NCBI GenBank assembly: GCA_021613535.1
Contig: CP075492.1
Coordinates: forward strand, 62,001-126,000
Origin: Adineta vaga
Lineage: Eukaryota; Animalia; Rotifera
DNA: 64,000 nt
Reading direction: 5' to 3'
Both the position numbers and the translations under genes were made by a program. Positions within the stretch are counted from its first letter, which is position 1. Every line of letters begins with the position of its first letter. The notes below the pieces were generated by a model, which saw only the letters and a program-made list of their open reading frames with translations, was not told the origin of the DNA and did no database searches. This document shows, one piece after another, positions 12,807 through 24,501 of this stretch.

Positions 12807-15800
12807 GAGTGAATCGTAACTTTATTGTACAATTACATTTTTTTAACCTTTTTTCCTATAACTCCAGTTCCGATAGTGCGATCTCAGATCTTTTTTTTTC
12901 TCACATTCCTTAATATGTCTCCCACTACCACAGAAAATTTCAGCTCCCTAACTCATCGTCCAGCTGAGATATAAGAGTGACAAGTTCTAAAAATCGTTTT
13001 TTTCAATGACTCATTGACAGAAAACACAATTTCTGAAGAAATGAAAGAAGAAAAATAAAATAGAAAAATAGCACGTTTTGTGCAGAATTTAATTCTCTAT
13101 CGACCCATGTGATTCACTTTTGTTTTTGGTTTTGGTTTTTGGTTCTATTTTACGAAAATAGACTTACAGACAACGTGTAGACCCAGTTTAAAACGATCCT
13201 GGAGGGAACAAGGATCATACTTTTAAAAAAATCAAAACCAGTAAAAGATAGAGCGTAAAAAATGCTACAAAACTATATTAAAATAGTTGAGGTAAACTTA
13301 TTTTAATTAGCCCAGAAGACCAAAAAGCTTTAATTACATACTAACTGTAGACCCAGTTTTTCAGAATTGTTTTGTCTTTCATTCCTTAACTACTCAACAA
13401 AAATTAATTGGATTGGCATAGAAAGATGCAGCTTGAAAAACTGAACAAGAATATTATCAAATAGTTCTCAATTTCACTTAATTTTAGGGAGAGTTTTACG
13501 ATATACTTCAAAATGTAGACCCAGTTTTTCTTGTAGACCCAGTTTTTTTTTGAGGATAAGATTTTTTCTTATATATTTTTAAGCTGATTTTGGTGAAACG
13601 CATCTCTATCATAGATCTTTCCACTCATGAGCACGTGCTGACTCTGATCCGTTTCTTTTTGAGCTATTTGGAAGCTATTTCTGGCAGATCATGAGATTTT
13701 GGGGCTCAAGTCTTACTTGATACGCTTTTTTTTTACTATATCAAAATGTAAGGCTCTTTTTTAAATTTTCAAGAGCACGACCTTTGTTCTATAGCCTCAT
13801 AAGTCCTTTAGATGAAATCTACACCAAGAAAAAACATTGTCTATGAGAGAACTTATTCTCAAAAGGTAAAGCTCAAACGAATGCAATCAAAAGCATTTGC
13901 CAAACAATGCAAAGAGCGGAATAGATTGAAGCAAGCCAAATGGCGTCTGAAGAAGAAACAGCAGCAGATAGCCACGTCATCCTCATTACCGATTTCAACA
14001 ACAGTAACAACAAAATCAAGTTTACGTAGAAAAGAAGGAGAGAAAAGACGACGTGCCAACACAAGTCGAATGCAAAACGAAATTGAAGAGTTACGTAAAA
14101 CAGTTGATGCACTAACAACAGAAAACAAGAAATTGAAAACTACGCGGTCTGTAACTCCACCACGTCAATCCGCCACATCTTTGTTTCTCAATACTATTAG
14201 TCCAGCTGCAAAGACACGTGCTACCAACCGTCTGAAAGATAGTAAAACTGATCTTCCTCGTGGTTCACAACATGATTTACGAAAGGAACTGGGTATCAAT
14301 CTTTCTAATTCGAGCGTACCGAAGAAAAAGATACCTTCGCCTCTTCATAATCGAATAGAACAGTTTCTAAATCGAGATGATATTTCGAAACCTTGTCCCG
14401 ATAAGAAGAAACATGTGAATAATCAACAGATACGCTACCGATTGAATCATTTGGCAGTTCTACACCAACAGTTTGAGATCGAAACAGGAATTGATATTGA
14501 TTATGATACGTTTTGCCGTCACGTTCCTGATAACATTAAAAAACCAAATAATGACAGTTGGGGAACATGCCTTTGCGTAACCTGTTTAAACCCACAAATG
14601 AAGTTCGAGAAACTTCAGCATTTGAAATCAAAATATCCGCAGGTGAAAACTGTACTTGATGGTTATTCTTATGATTTGTCTGAGACAGTGAAAGATGATG
14701 ATAAAACTGAAGAACTTAAGAAAGAACTAATGAAACTCCATGCTGAAAAGTTTAATGTTACGTATTCAGAGTGGGAGAAGAAAAAACTGCCCAACTATGC
14801 TGCTCCTATATCTACGAAAATAACTGTAACACATACAATACAGGAGTTTCTGAAAAAGTTCATTCCTGAAGTTGATGTAAGTTGATTTGTTCATCTCTTT
14901 CAGAAAATGTGTCATTTATTCTGTTTTTCAGACATTGGCCAGTCATACTTACAGAATTCGAGAACAGTTTCGTGCGGCAAAGATGGCTAAGGAAGAAGCA
15001 AAAGTGGAGGATGACGTTGCCACGATACAGCTAGACTGGAGTGAGAATTATCACTTACAACAATCTAGACAAGAAAAGGGTAAATCAGATTTTTCTAAAA
15101 CTCAAAACCAATACGAATTCATCTTTTTTCTTGCGATTAGGTGCATTTTATTTCGAGCAACATGTTGCTCTTCAAACTGGTTACGTTTGGTTGAAAGATG
15201 ATTCGTTTAGTTTCGGCTGTTTATCTGATGATACGAATCATATGGCTGAGGCGGCTTGGGTCGGAATTCAACCACTTCTAAATCATTTAGTCGATGATAT
15301 AGGAATTTCCAGCATTAATATCATCTCTGATTCACCCATATCCCAGTACAGAAACAAAACTATGTTTTATCTGATTAAGCAATTTGCCGTAGAAAAGGAA
15401 ATCAAAATTAAATGGATCTATTTAGAAGCGGGACATGGCAAAGGTGTCGCTGATTCGATTGGGGCCACACTGAAAAGAACGATGGATGAAGTGATCAGTT
15501 ATAAACCAGATGATTCGTTTTCTGGTGCGTCTGATCTTATGGATGCCATTGAAGGCAGGACCGATATAAAACTATATTATTATGAAAAATCCGATGTCGA
15601 AAAAGTAAGAAAAGCATTACCGAAACTTTCAACAATCAAAGGTACTGCTACTCTACACGAAGTAGTAGCAACGCGCGATGGAAAATTTTATGGCAAAAAT
15701 ATATCAAGCGATAAGGAAAGATTATTAGCAATGAAATTTTAAGTTTTTAGTAACACAGAGCCATATTTTCGCTTTTATGAGTGATTTTAATGTAATATCT

Positions 15801-16401
15801 TGGCTCAGAACTAAAGGTTTTAGTGCTTTTTCTATTTGTAACAAGAAATAAACAAGAAATAAACAAGAAATAAATAAGAAATGTAGTGAATAAGGTGACC
15901 TTAAAACAATGTGGTTAACTGTAGCGCTTAAAATTAGATTTTGGACTTTAAAAGAGTACAGAACAGACCAAGAGCTTTAAGCCGATGACATATGACAATA
16001 TTCTACAGTTTCGCAGACTCTACCGATACGCAACCTCAGAAAAATTGACTTTTTTTATGAGGTTTTCTAAGGAAAAATGCGGATTTGGACATTTTCCGGG
16101 TTTTTCTTTATTGGCGCACATCGATTGCTGTAAGCACCATTAAATAAAACAAGCTCAGATCCATCTAATGATGCATCATACATGGGCTTTCGATGCATAT
16201 TCAGCACAATTTCTTTTAAAAAGGTTTTTGTTGAAAACCCGAACTTGATGTTTCAATATCTCAACAACGACGAGTCGGGCAGTGTGGAAATTTTTACTAC
16301 AGACTCACTAAATGATAAAGAACAAAATGTACTAATTGGATTTTCTCTAGGACCACTTTCATTTTTTTTTGTCAATTGTACAAAAAACTTACGATTCACT
16401 C
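12807..16401 (+). mobile_element. Sola2-type DNA transposon inserted in the Terminon
   Basis: TIRs GAGTGAATCGTAACTTTATTGTACAATT / AATTGTACAAAAAACTTACGATTCACTC, 4-bp ATAT TSD (12803-12806, 16402-16405), GAG terminus and internal TGTAGACCCAGTTT repeats. The right TSD lies in an (AT)n run. Confidence 0.85.
13812..15742 (+). CDS. Sola2-type transposase, 3 exons (13812-14876, 14932-15079, 15141-15742), about 604 aa
   Basis: CLCVTC, LDWSENY, ISDSPISQYRNK and EAGHGKGVADSIG motifs; two GT-AG introns restore one open frame. Confidence 0.85.
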
Positions 16402-17199
16402 ATATATATATATATATATGTGAAGCATCTTATATAGATCACTGCATTATTTTTATTCTATTCACATTTAGTTTTATAATATAGTTAGAATTGGATTGAC
16501 TCGTTTTTAAATATCACAAACTCTTTCTTCTATAAAATATACAATAATAAACTGTATGATTTAAATGATTTACTGGAACATTTAAATTGTTGTTTTTCGC
16601 TTGATTTATTTTAGATAATTAAATTATAATTTTATAATTACAAGAAACTGTAGAAAAAATAACATGGATGATCTTTCAAATAAACAAAATATATCCATTG
16701 GTAATACTGATAATGAAAAATCAGAACAAATCATTCGTCCAACAGATTCAAATATAATATGTTATTATCTTTCCTTTAAAAAGAAATTATTCATCATTTT
16801 TATTGTATTATGAAGCCTATGAGCAATACAAATATTGAACGCAATTTCCATCGCTATAATATTGATGATATTCATACAACACCTTCTCCTTTGTACTATT
16901 AAGGAAATATGGTCCAATCAACGACATTCATCTGTTGAACAGAATCAAGTATTATCGAAGATAATGATTAATCTGATTTATGAACGTATTCAATGTTTTT
17001 ATAAATTCAAATCAAAACAATTGCGTGCATCAAAATCAATATTATGAATAGAAAAAAGAACTTTAGAAAAATATTGATCATGTTTTTTATTATCAAAAAA
17101 CTTTCAATTCATTTAAAATATTCTTAATGAAAGCTTTTCATTTCTCAATTTTGGTTAGTTTTTAAATTTTAGATATTCATTTTTTGCTTCCCTCTCAAG

Positions 17200-18879
17200 A
17201 TGGCTGATGATGATAATACTACAACTACTAATAATAATGAAACTAATAAAAATAATTCTACTCATTCCAAGTCAGACGATAGACAACAACTTATTCTTTC
17301 GACAGCAGAGAATACACCAACAATTCAACAAGAACAAGAAGAAGAATTGAAGCAGAAGAAGAAGAAGAAGAAGAAAAGGTCTCGTGGAAATCGTAAATTA
17401 CAGAGATTTAGATCAAAATTGAAGAATCAAGGAATAAATGATGAAACAATTGCAACAATGATTGAAACATATAGTGCTTCATCACATCAACTTGTCAATG
17501 AAACACAAGAAGATAATAATTCATTGACTCTTCCGGTAATGTATATTTTCTATAAATATGAATACTATTTGTCTATTAATATCATAAAAAAATATATAAT
17601 AGGAGCAATCAGATGTACATCATGATGTTCAGTCCAAAATAGTCAAAAGGAAACGAGAAACTCGACCAACAGGCGTTACTGCATCGATTAGCACAATTTC
17701 AATCACACAACCAAAAGAAAAACGACATCGTTCAGTCACATTTGCTGTTGTTGATGATACTACCACCACCACCACCACAACAACAACAAGTACTACATCA
17801 AGATTAGATATGAAGCCAAATTATTTAAGTACACCAGATCATATATTTAAAAAGATGTTATCAACAGCTTTAGAAGGTGCTGAACATACAATTCAATCAC
17901 TGGATACACCTGAAAAATTACAATATGCTCGTGAATATGCTCAAATTGTCAATAATTTATTCTATTTAAGATTGAAACAAGAGTATTGGGAGAATTATTA
18001 TACTATTATGGTCACTTCCAAAGTATGGTCAATGAAATTATCCAAACAATTTCTAAAAGAGAATAAATTAAACAGTGTTCAATTTGTAACAGAGAAAAAC
18101 ATAGAAAAATATCGAGAAACAACTATTGAACAATTAAAACAAATAGAAATCTCATTGAATCAACATACGGAATTACAAATTGGCCAATCTGTTGATCTAC
18201 AAAGATTATCAATGATAATTCCTGCATTGGTACGTAGAGGTCAACATAAATTGGCAGCTGATTTTCAACGAAAAAAATCTATATTAGAATTTGATGCGAA
18301 TGATTATCATTTAGTACAAACATTTTATGATTTAAAACCATCTGAAGATCAAGTGAGAAAGATTTCATTGTTGTTATAAATCTACATTTATATATTTAGA
18401 TTATCTCAGCTAAAGTTATATGGCAAACAACATTAGATAAACAACAAGCCGAACAATATGTGGCAATATTAAAAAAACGTCTTTATACAAGAAGATTACC
18501 AGTATCATTTAATGTTCTCGATCATGCCATTGATAATATTGAAAAATTACTTGATAATCTACCATTAAATACAGATGTATGTGCTACAATCTTGTCTCGA
18601 CGTGAAAAGATGATTGCCCAATTTAAATATGATTTAATATCATTAGAAATTAATACAAGTGAACAAATAGTTCGAAGTCAAACAAATATGATTGCATGTG
18701 AAAAGAAGAAACTCATTGAATCAGTTGGTGGACAAGTTCCACTACCAAAACCATTTGTTACTATTCTCAATGCTATAGCAGCACGTCAATCAAATATTAT
18801 TAAACGTATGGAATTAATTACCAAGCATAAATTGTCTTTTTTCGACGACGCTTCGATGGTGTTTATAGAAGAAAAATAA
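17200..18879 (+). CDS. Athena ORF1 coiled-coil protein with basic NLS-like motif
   Basis: KKKKKKKRSRGNRKLQRFR, PNYLSTPD, and introns at ~17536-17602 and ~18352-18399. Ends LSFFDDAS over the slippery site. Confidence 0.85.
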
Positions 18880-18951
18880 CTGGTTGGTGCAACAATCATC
18901 GGAGCAATCATTTTACTAAACTAAGTCATATTCGTTTATCAGCACCAATCA
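18837..18951 (+). promoter_or_regulatory. Predicted -1 ribosomal frameshift signal: T TTT TTC plus H-type pseudoknot
   Basis: Heptamer at 18837-18843 in ORF1 phase, 6-nt spacer, stem 18850-18860/18895-18905, and loop 18881-18890 complementary to 18942-18951. The -1 frame opens right after TAA 18828-18830. Confidence 0.8.
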
Positions 18952-20950
18952 TTGAAGTAGCTCCAATTCCTTCATCAAATTATATTGAATTTCTTGCAAA
19001 TGGTCCACCTTTTATACCAACTTGTCAAAGTCATTTCTCAAATTTATCCGTAGATGTTATCATTACAAAAGAATATGAAACACTTGTCAAATGTTTTAAA
19101 GATGGTTTTCATGATAATTGTGTTTCTGGATCTGATCAACGAGCCAATGAATTTTTTGATGGTATTAAGAATCTCTTAACTTTATCACATACAACACCAT
19201 TACCACCGAAATTATTAGCACGCGCTCAATATGAACAACAAATGATAAAAAATATCAAACGTATACGAAATAAACATAACATTGTCATACAAAGATCAGA
19301 TAAAAGTAAAGTATTTCATTTAGCTAGCGTTGAAAGTTATCATAATAAATCATTGGCTTATATGGAAAAAACTCAAGCTTATCAAGAAATTGAAAATGGT
19401 ATTAATCCATGTAGAGATCATTTTCAACATATTATAGGATTATTAAATCTATTATTGAAGAATAAAGCTATTAATCGTAATCTATGGAAACTAAAGATGT
19501 ATCCAAATATTGAAACAATTGAATTACCTCATCTTTATTTTCTACCAAAACCACACAAAGTAATCGTATTTAAAATATATTGATAATAAAAATATAATTT
19601 TTAATTATTTTTAGATTGGTACACCATTAAGACCGATTATCTCCATGATACATTCACCAGCCATAGGTATATCACATTTTTTAGATCAAGTTCTTCGGCC
19701 AATATTTGATCAAGCAACTAAGCAAACTACATTTATTAATGACATTCATTTTATTCGACGATTGGAATTGTATCAAAGTATCGGTCGTCTAACACCAACA
19801 ACAAATTTTATTACATTTGATGTGACTGATATGTATACAATGATACCAAGAGATGGAGCTCTAGTTGCTTTACAACAATTTTTAAATATGCATGCAAGTA
19901 ATGGAAGAATTCATGGCATGACAATTGATACTCTGATGAAATTATCTAATGCAGTATTGGATACAAATTCCTTTGTTTACGAAGGAAAATATTATAAACA
20001 AATTCGTGGGGGAGCAATGGGATCACCATTTACTATGACTTTAGCTAATATCTATATGTTAAAATGGGAACAATCATTAATTGAACATCAAAAAGCTCAT
20101 AATGAATTATATGGCCGGTAAGAGGATAACTTTCTATCTATCTATCTATTTTTTGCTTATATCTTTCTATAGATATATTGATGATGTTTTTATGACGGCT
20201 AATCTTTCTACGGATGAAATTAATACATTACTCAATCATGCAAATCATAAAGATAATAATATTAGTATTACTCAAACAATAGGATTAAGTGCTCAATTTC
20301 TTGATGTATCAGTACATAATAATCAAGGACAATTGAGAACTAATGTTTATCATAAACCAGCAGCTGCACCGTATATTCTTCCATTTTTATCGGATCATCC
20401 ACGTCATGTTCATCGTAATACAATTAAAGGTGCTCTTTTTCGAGCAATACGTCTTTGTTCAAATGTAGAAGATTTTGATCAAGAAAGATTACATATTGAA
20501 TTAACTCTATTATTGAATGACTATCCACCAAAATTTATTTCCTATCATTTTAACAAGTTCTTTCAACAACATAATGCTATAATATTGATGGAACAATTAG
20601 ATAAGGACATCTATGAGCAACTTCATCAGAAATTAATTAATCAACCCAGTCGACGAGAAAAACAACAACAACAACAACAACAAATGACTTCGAAGCAAAG
20701 TGAATCTTCTCATAATTATAGTAAGAAAGAAATCAATGTTCATTTCCCTTATTCAAGTGGTCCAATGTCTGAATTTAAACAAAAACTACGACAACTATGG
20801 GAAAAGTCTTATATCTATTCTGGTTCACTTATGAACAATGTTACATTAAAGATTCGTACACGGACTAATAAATCTCTTCAACAATTATTAGTAAAGAGAA
20901 AGCCAGCAAAATCAATGCTATTCGATACGAATACTACAATTGCACAATAA
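18837..20950 (+). CDS. Athena (endonuclease-deficient Penelope-like) reverse transcriptase
   Basis: RSDKS, LYFLPKPHK|IGTPLRPII, FDVTDMYT, GGAMGSP, YGR|YIDD, FLDV, YHKP and SDHPRH motifs. Introns 19560-19614 and 20118-20172. No C-terminal GIY-YIG; the frame appears open. Confidence 0.93.
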
Positions 20951-21220
20951 AACAAACAAGATAATATTTTAATAAATTCTTTTTATAAAAGTCTTTTATC
21001 AAGAAAAATATTATAGATTTGGTTAGATTGCATGTTCTATTCCATTTAAGATATTTAGTCTAATCTAGAAAGTATTTTTTTTTGTCTTTTTCTAAGAATG
21101 TTTTTAATGTTTACTCGTCTTTATATATCTATTAATCGTTTGATCTAAGCTCATATATTCATTGTATTATTTTACATTTTAGATCTAGTATTTTCATATT
21201 AATATTATTTTATTACAATA

Positions 21221-22618
21221 ATGGATATATCATTCTGTCAAGATTTGTACACAAACTTTTGCAATACAAATCAAACTATGGAACAGGAATCGCAACAATT
21301 TCAAGGTCAAGAACAGAAAAAACAGAAGAAGATGAAGAAGAAGAGTCGTGGAAATCGAAAATTACAACGCTATCGTCGAAGATTGCGTAAACAATGTGTA
21401 AACTTATCTATCAATGAAGAATTACCACCAGCTAACAAAATAATTAAACCAAATGAATCAACAACTATTAATTCAGTGGTTGAGGAAACAAGCGTATCAA
21501 TGAAAAAATGCAAAAAAGTAGCAACTACAAATGATTCAGTTAATTATATTGCTATATCAGACGAAGTATTACATCAAATAACATCTATAGCTTTCAATCG
21601 ATCAGAGAAGTTCACTTGCCTATTCAATGGAGATGAAAAGATACACTTTATTCGTCAGTATATTAGTTTACTTGATCATTTATCTTTTCAACAACTACAA
21701 GAAATTCAATGGAAATATTATCATCATATCGGTACGACAAGAAACATTTGGTGTGGTCGTATGTCAAAAGTAACAGCTGAAAAGTATTCTATTAATTATA
21801 CATATGGCAGATCCAAAACTCTCATTGAACAACGTTTAAAACAAATTCAAAAACATTTGGTAACAGCAAGAAGTACAATTGAACAATTTGAACATGATAT
21901 ATTATTGAAATGTGGGAACAGTGATGATTGTTTATGTGTAATGAAGGAGTTATCTTTAATTCTTAATCAATTAGTTCAGGAAAAGCAGCAACTCCTACGA
22001 CGTGCATTCGAATATAAAAGAGAAATTTTAATCTTGGATGCAACTGATCATTATTTATTACAAACGTTTTTGATTACTGCACCAAATAAGACACATGTAA
22101 ATCTAGAATTTATAAAGCATTTTAATTACATTTTATACTTTCTTATTTTGAATTTACTTCAGATTATCTTAGCAAGACGTATATGGAAAGCTACCAAAGA
22201 ACAACTGATAGCTGAAGAAGAGATCGCCTTGTTACAACATCGTCTTACATCAACACAAACACGATTACAACCAGCGTCTAATTCAGTTCATGAAATCATT
22301 GATAATATTAATGTTAATCTAGACAAGTTGAAAGAAAGTATGGAATTATCTTCAACTACTAACTGTTCCTCAAATGAAATCGAGCAAATGAATACATCAA
22401 AGAACAATATGATTCATCAAGCAATATTAACTTATGAGAAAAAAATTGAAAATACCAATACAATCATACATACTGAACGAAACAAATTTTTTAAAAGTAA
22501 CAGATTCATGAAATCAACATCCCAATGGCAAAAATTGATACTCGATGCTATTGATAATCGTCGTTTCCATATGGCTGAACGGATGAAATATATCAAGAAG
22601 CATAAAATATCAGCATAA
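21221..22618 (+). CDS. Terminon 3' coiled-coil ORF with basic motif
   Basis: 465-aa ORF (probably including one in-frame intron near 22097-22163) with KKKSRGNRKLQRYRRR, paralogous to ORF 17200. Confidence 0.8.
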   Translation: MDISFCQDLYTNFCNTNQTMEQESQQFQGQEQKKQKKMKKKSRGNRKLQRYRRRLRKQCVNLSINEELPPANKIIKPNESTTINSVVEETSVSMKKCKKVATTNDSVNYIAISDEVLHQITSIAFNRSEKFTCLFNGDEKIHFIRQYISLLDHLSFQQLQEIQWKYYHHIGTTRNIWCGRMSKVTAEKYSINYTYGRSKTLIEQRLKQIQKHLVTARSTIEQFEHDILLKCGNSDDCLCVMKELSLILNQLVQEKQQLLRRAFEYKREILILDATDHYLLQTFLITAPNKTHVNLEFIKHFNYILYFLILNLLQIILARRIWKATKEQLIAEEEIALLQHRLTSTQTRLQPASNSVHEIIDNINVNLDKLKESMELSSTTNCSSNEIEQMNTSKNNMIHQAILTYEKKIENTNTIIHTERNKFFKSNRFMKSTSQWQKLILDAIDNRRFHMAERMKYIKKHKISA

Positions 22619-23084
22619 TCCGATAGAAACACGGCGTCATCACATAAAACCAAGAGTATCGACTTAATCCGTTTAAAAAGAAACAATTCAAAACTCATTT
22701 TACAAACAAAATCATTCCTCATCAAAACAGACTAATCTACTTTGCATGAAAATATTCGAGAAATTTCCTTTTTTTCTTACAAAAAAATAATTCTCACATA
22801 AATTCTTACTTTAAAATCAATTGCCATTCTAGATTTACAAACATATTCAATAATATACTCCACAAAAACAACATTATTTATTTTATATCGCTGTAATCTA
22901 CAAACGAAATCTCTCAAATTCTACGTCAATTCTTCAAACAATTCTATTCCTTTCATTTACTCTTTTTCTGAAACCATTCATCAATCAGAATCTTTAAAAT
23001 TTAATTTATGTAATTATTTTTAAAGTTTTCTTTTGAACTTTAAATCTAATTCTTAAAATGATTTTTATGCATATTTTTCTGTTC

Positions 23085-23158
23085 TACCTCTTGATGATTT
23101 TGATACTTTCAACAAGTATTGAAAACTGGTTATGGTATTTATTTGTTCAAACTCACCC
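23085..23158 (+). ncRNA. Degenerate hammerhead ribozyme repeat (first copy)
   Basis: TTGATGA...GATACTT/AAGTATT stem...GAAAAC TG GTT. The 3' 36 nt (23123-23158) are identical to 23325-23360 and end in ACTCACCC. Confidence 0.55.
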
Positions 23159-23289
23159 TTTGAATCATTTAAATTATCTACTTCATATTAGATTTAATTT
23201 GAAATTAATATTGAGAGATTATTTCTCTTTACTGGGAAATAGTCGTTTTAATTTAATTTGGAATTTTATCTTAACCATGTAGATTTCTT

Positions 23290-23340
23290 ATACCATCTGA
23301 TGATCGACTTATGAAAATAAGTTGAAACTGGTTATGGTAT
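23290..23340 (+). ncRNA. Type I minimal hammerhead ribozyme
   Basis: ATACCAT-CTGATGA-TC-GACTTAT(GAAA)ATAAGTT-GAAAC-TG-GTT-ATGGTAT: stem I, core boxes, stem II and a minimal stem III. Confidence 0.8.
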
Positions 23341-23353
23341 TTATTTGTTCAAA

Positions 23354-23423
23354 CTCACCCACCCACACCCACCCACACCCACACCCACACCCACACCCAC
23401 ACCCACACCCACACCCACACCCC
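23354..23423 (-). repeat. Telomeric repeat tract (TGTGGG)n on the minus strand
   Basis: About 11 CACCCA units immediately after the hammerhead repeat. Confidence 0.9.
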
Positions 23424-24164
23424 CTTCCTAAAACAGTTTCAACTCGTGACCTTGGTGCAAATATCATTATGAGTGAACCTAATACTGTCTTTTTACTTGA
23501 TACAACTGACGGTTGGATACTTGTTGATTGTGGCATAGATGAAACAAAAACTGATGATCCAATATTAGTACAAAAATATTTTTTGGATCGTGGCTGGAAG
23601 CCAGCTCCAGTTGTACTTCCAGTACATCATTTAAGATATCAACTATCACAAATTAATGTTGAACCATACATGATTAAATATATTATATTAACTCATTTGC
23701 ATGCTGATCATACAGGAAATTTAAAACACTTTCCAAATGCTAAAATTTATATTCAACATGAAGAATATAAGCATGGATTTCAACCACAAGAAAAATTAGG
23801 TATTGCATGGTTTCGCGATGATTATGATAGTCGACCAGAATCTGATTAGATCTTAGTAAATGGTGATATGAATATTCTACCTGGCTTAGATCTAATTTTA
23901 ACACGTGGTCATACGCCAGGACATCAATCAGTTCGTGTTGAATTACCAAGTGGAGCAATAATAATTATGCCAGGTGATGCTGGTGATTTAATGGAAAATT
24001 ATGAAAAAGAGATTTTACCTGGCGAATCAGCAGATGATAAAGCTGCACTTGAATCAATTCAACGATTAAAAAAATTAGCCTCGGTACCTAATGCAAGTCT
24101 ATTTCTTACTCACGATCCAGTTCTTATACAAACACTTAAGCTTGCACCAGACTATTATGATTAA
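23424..24164 (+). pseudogene. Metallo-beta-lactamase fold N-acyl-homoserine lactonase-like gene, bacterial-type, 5'-truncated
   Basis: ILVDCG, THLHADHTG (HxHxDH), TRGHTPGHQS, PGDA and THD motifs. Intronless, TAG at 23847-23849, and the N-terminus is replaced by telomeric repeats. Confidence 0.85.
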
Positions 24165-24501
24165 TCGAATGATTGAACAATAAACTCTTAGATTAGTCGT
24201 TAAATAAACATACAAAAAGTTTTTTCCACATCTTTTACTCTTTGAATAGATCGAGGAACATATACACATTTATTAATGTAGCTTGATCACAACACAGATA
24301 GGTCTAAAAATTCATGTTTTTTATATCGTTTATCCCGGCAAGGATACGCTCAAATAGTTTGAAATTTGGCTTCAAGAAAATCGACAACATATTGTTTGCA
24401 TTTGGTATATACCGAGATAAAAAAGAGAAGAACTCTTGCATCTAGAAATATGATTTGATAAGAACAGTAAAAACATACAGACAATTGGTTTGGATTGATA
24501 A

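Larger units (their letters stand above)
480..23360 (+). mobile_element. Terminon (giant Athena/Penelope-like telomere-associated retroelement); 5' boundary uncertain
   Basis: All ORFs are co-oriented on +. Contains GIY-YIG, DEDDy, Rep-like helicase, multiple coiled-coil ORFs and an endonuclease-less Athena RT, with 3' hammerhead repeats directly followed by reverse-complement telomeric repeats. This matches the described bdelloid Terminon architecture. Confidence 0.9.

Noticed and set aside
17189-17203. CCCTCTCAAGATGG resembling the telomere-adjacent tail
   Set aside because: No telomeric repeat is adjacent and it is the ORF1 start context; treated as probable coincidence.
23309-23536. His-Pro repeat N-terminus on the lactonase and the antisense Gly-Cys repeat ORF
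   Set aside because: Both are translations of the telomeric tract, not protein features.
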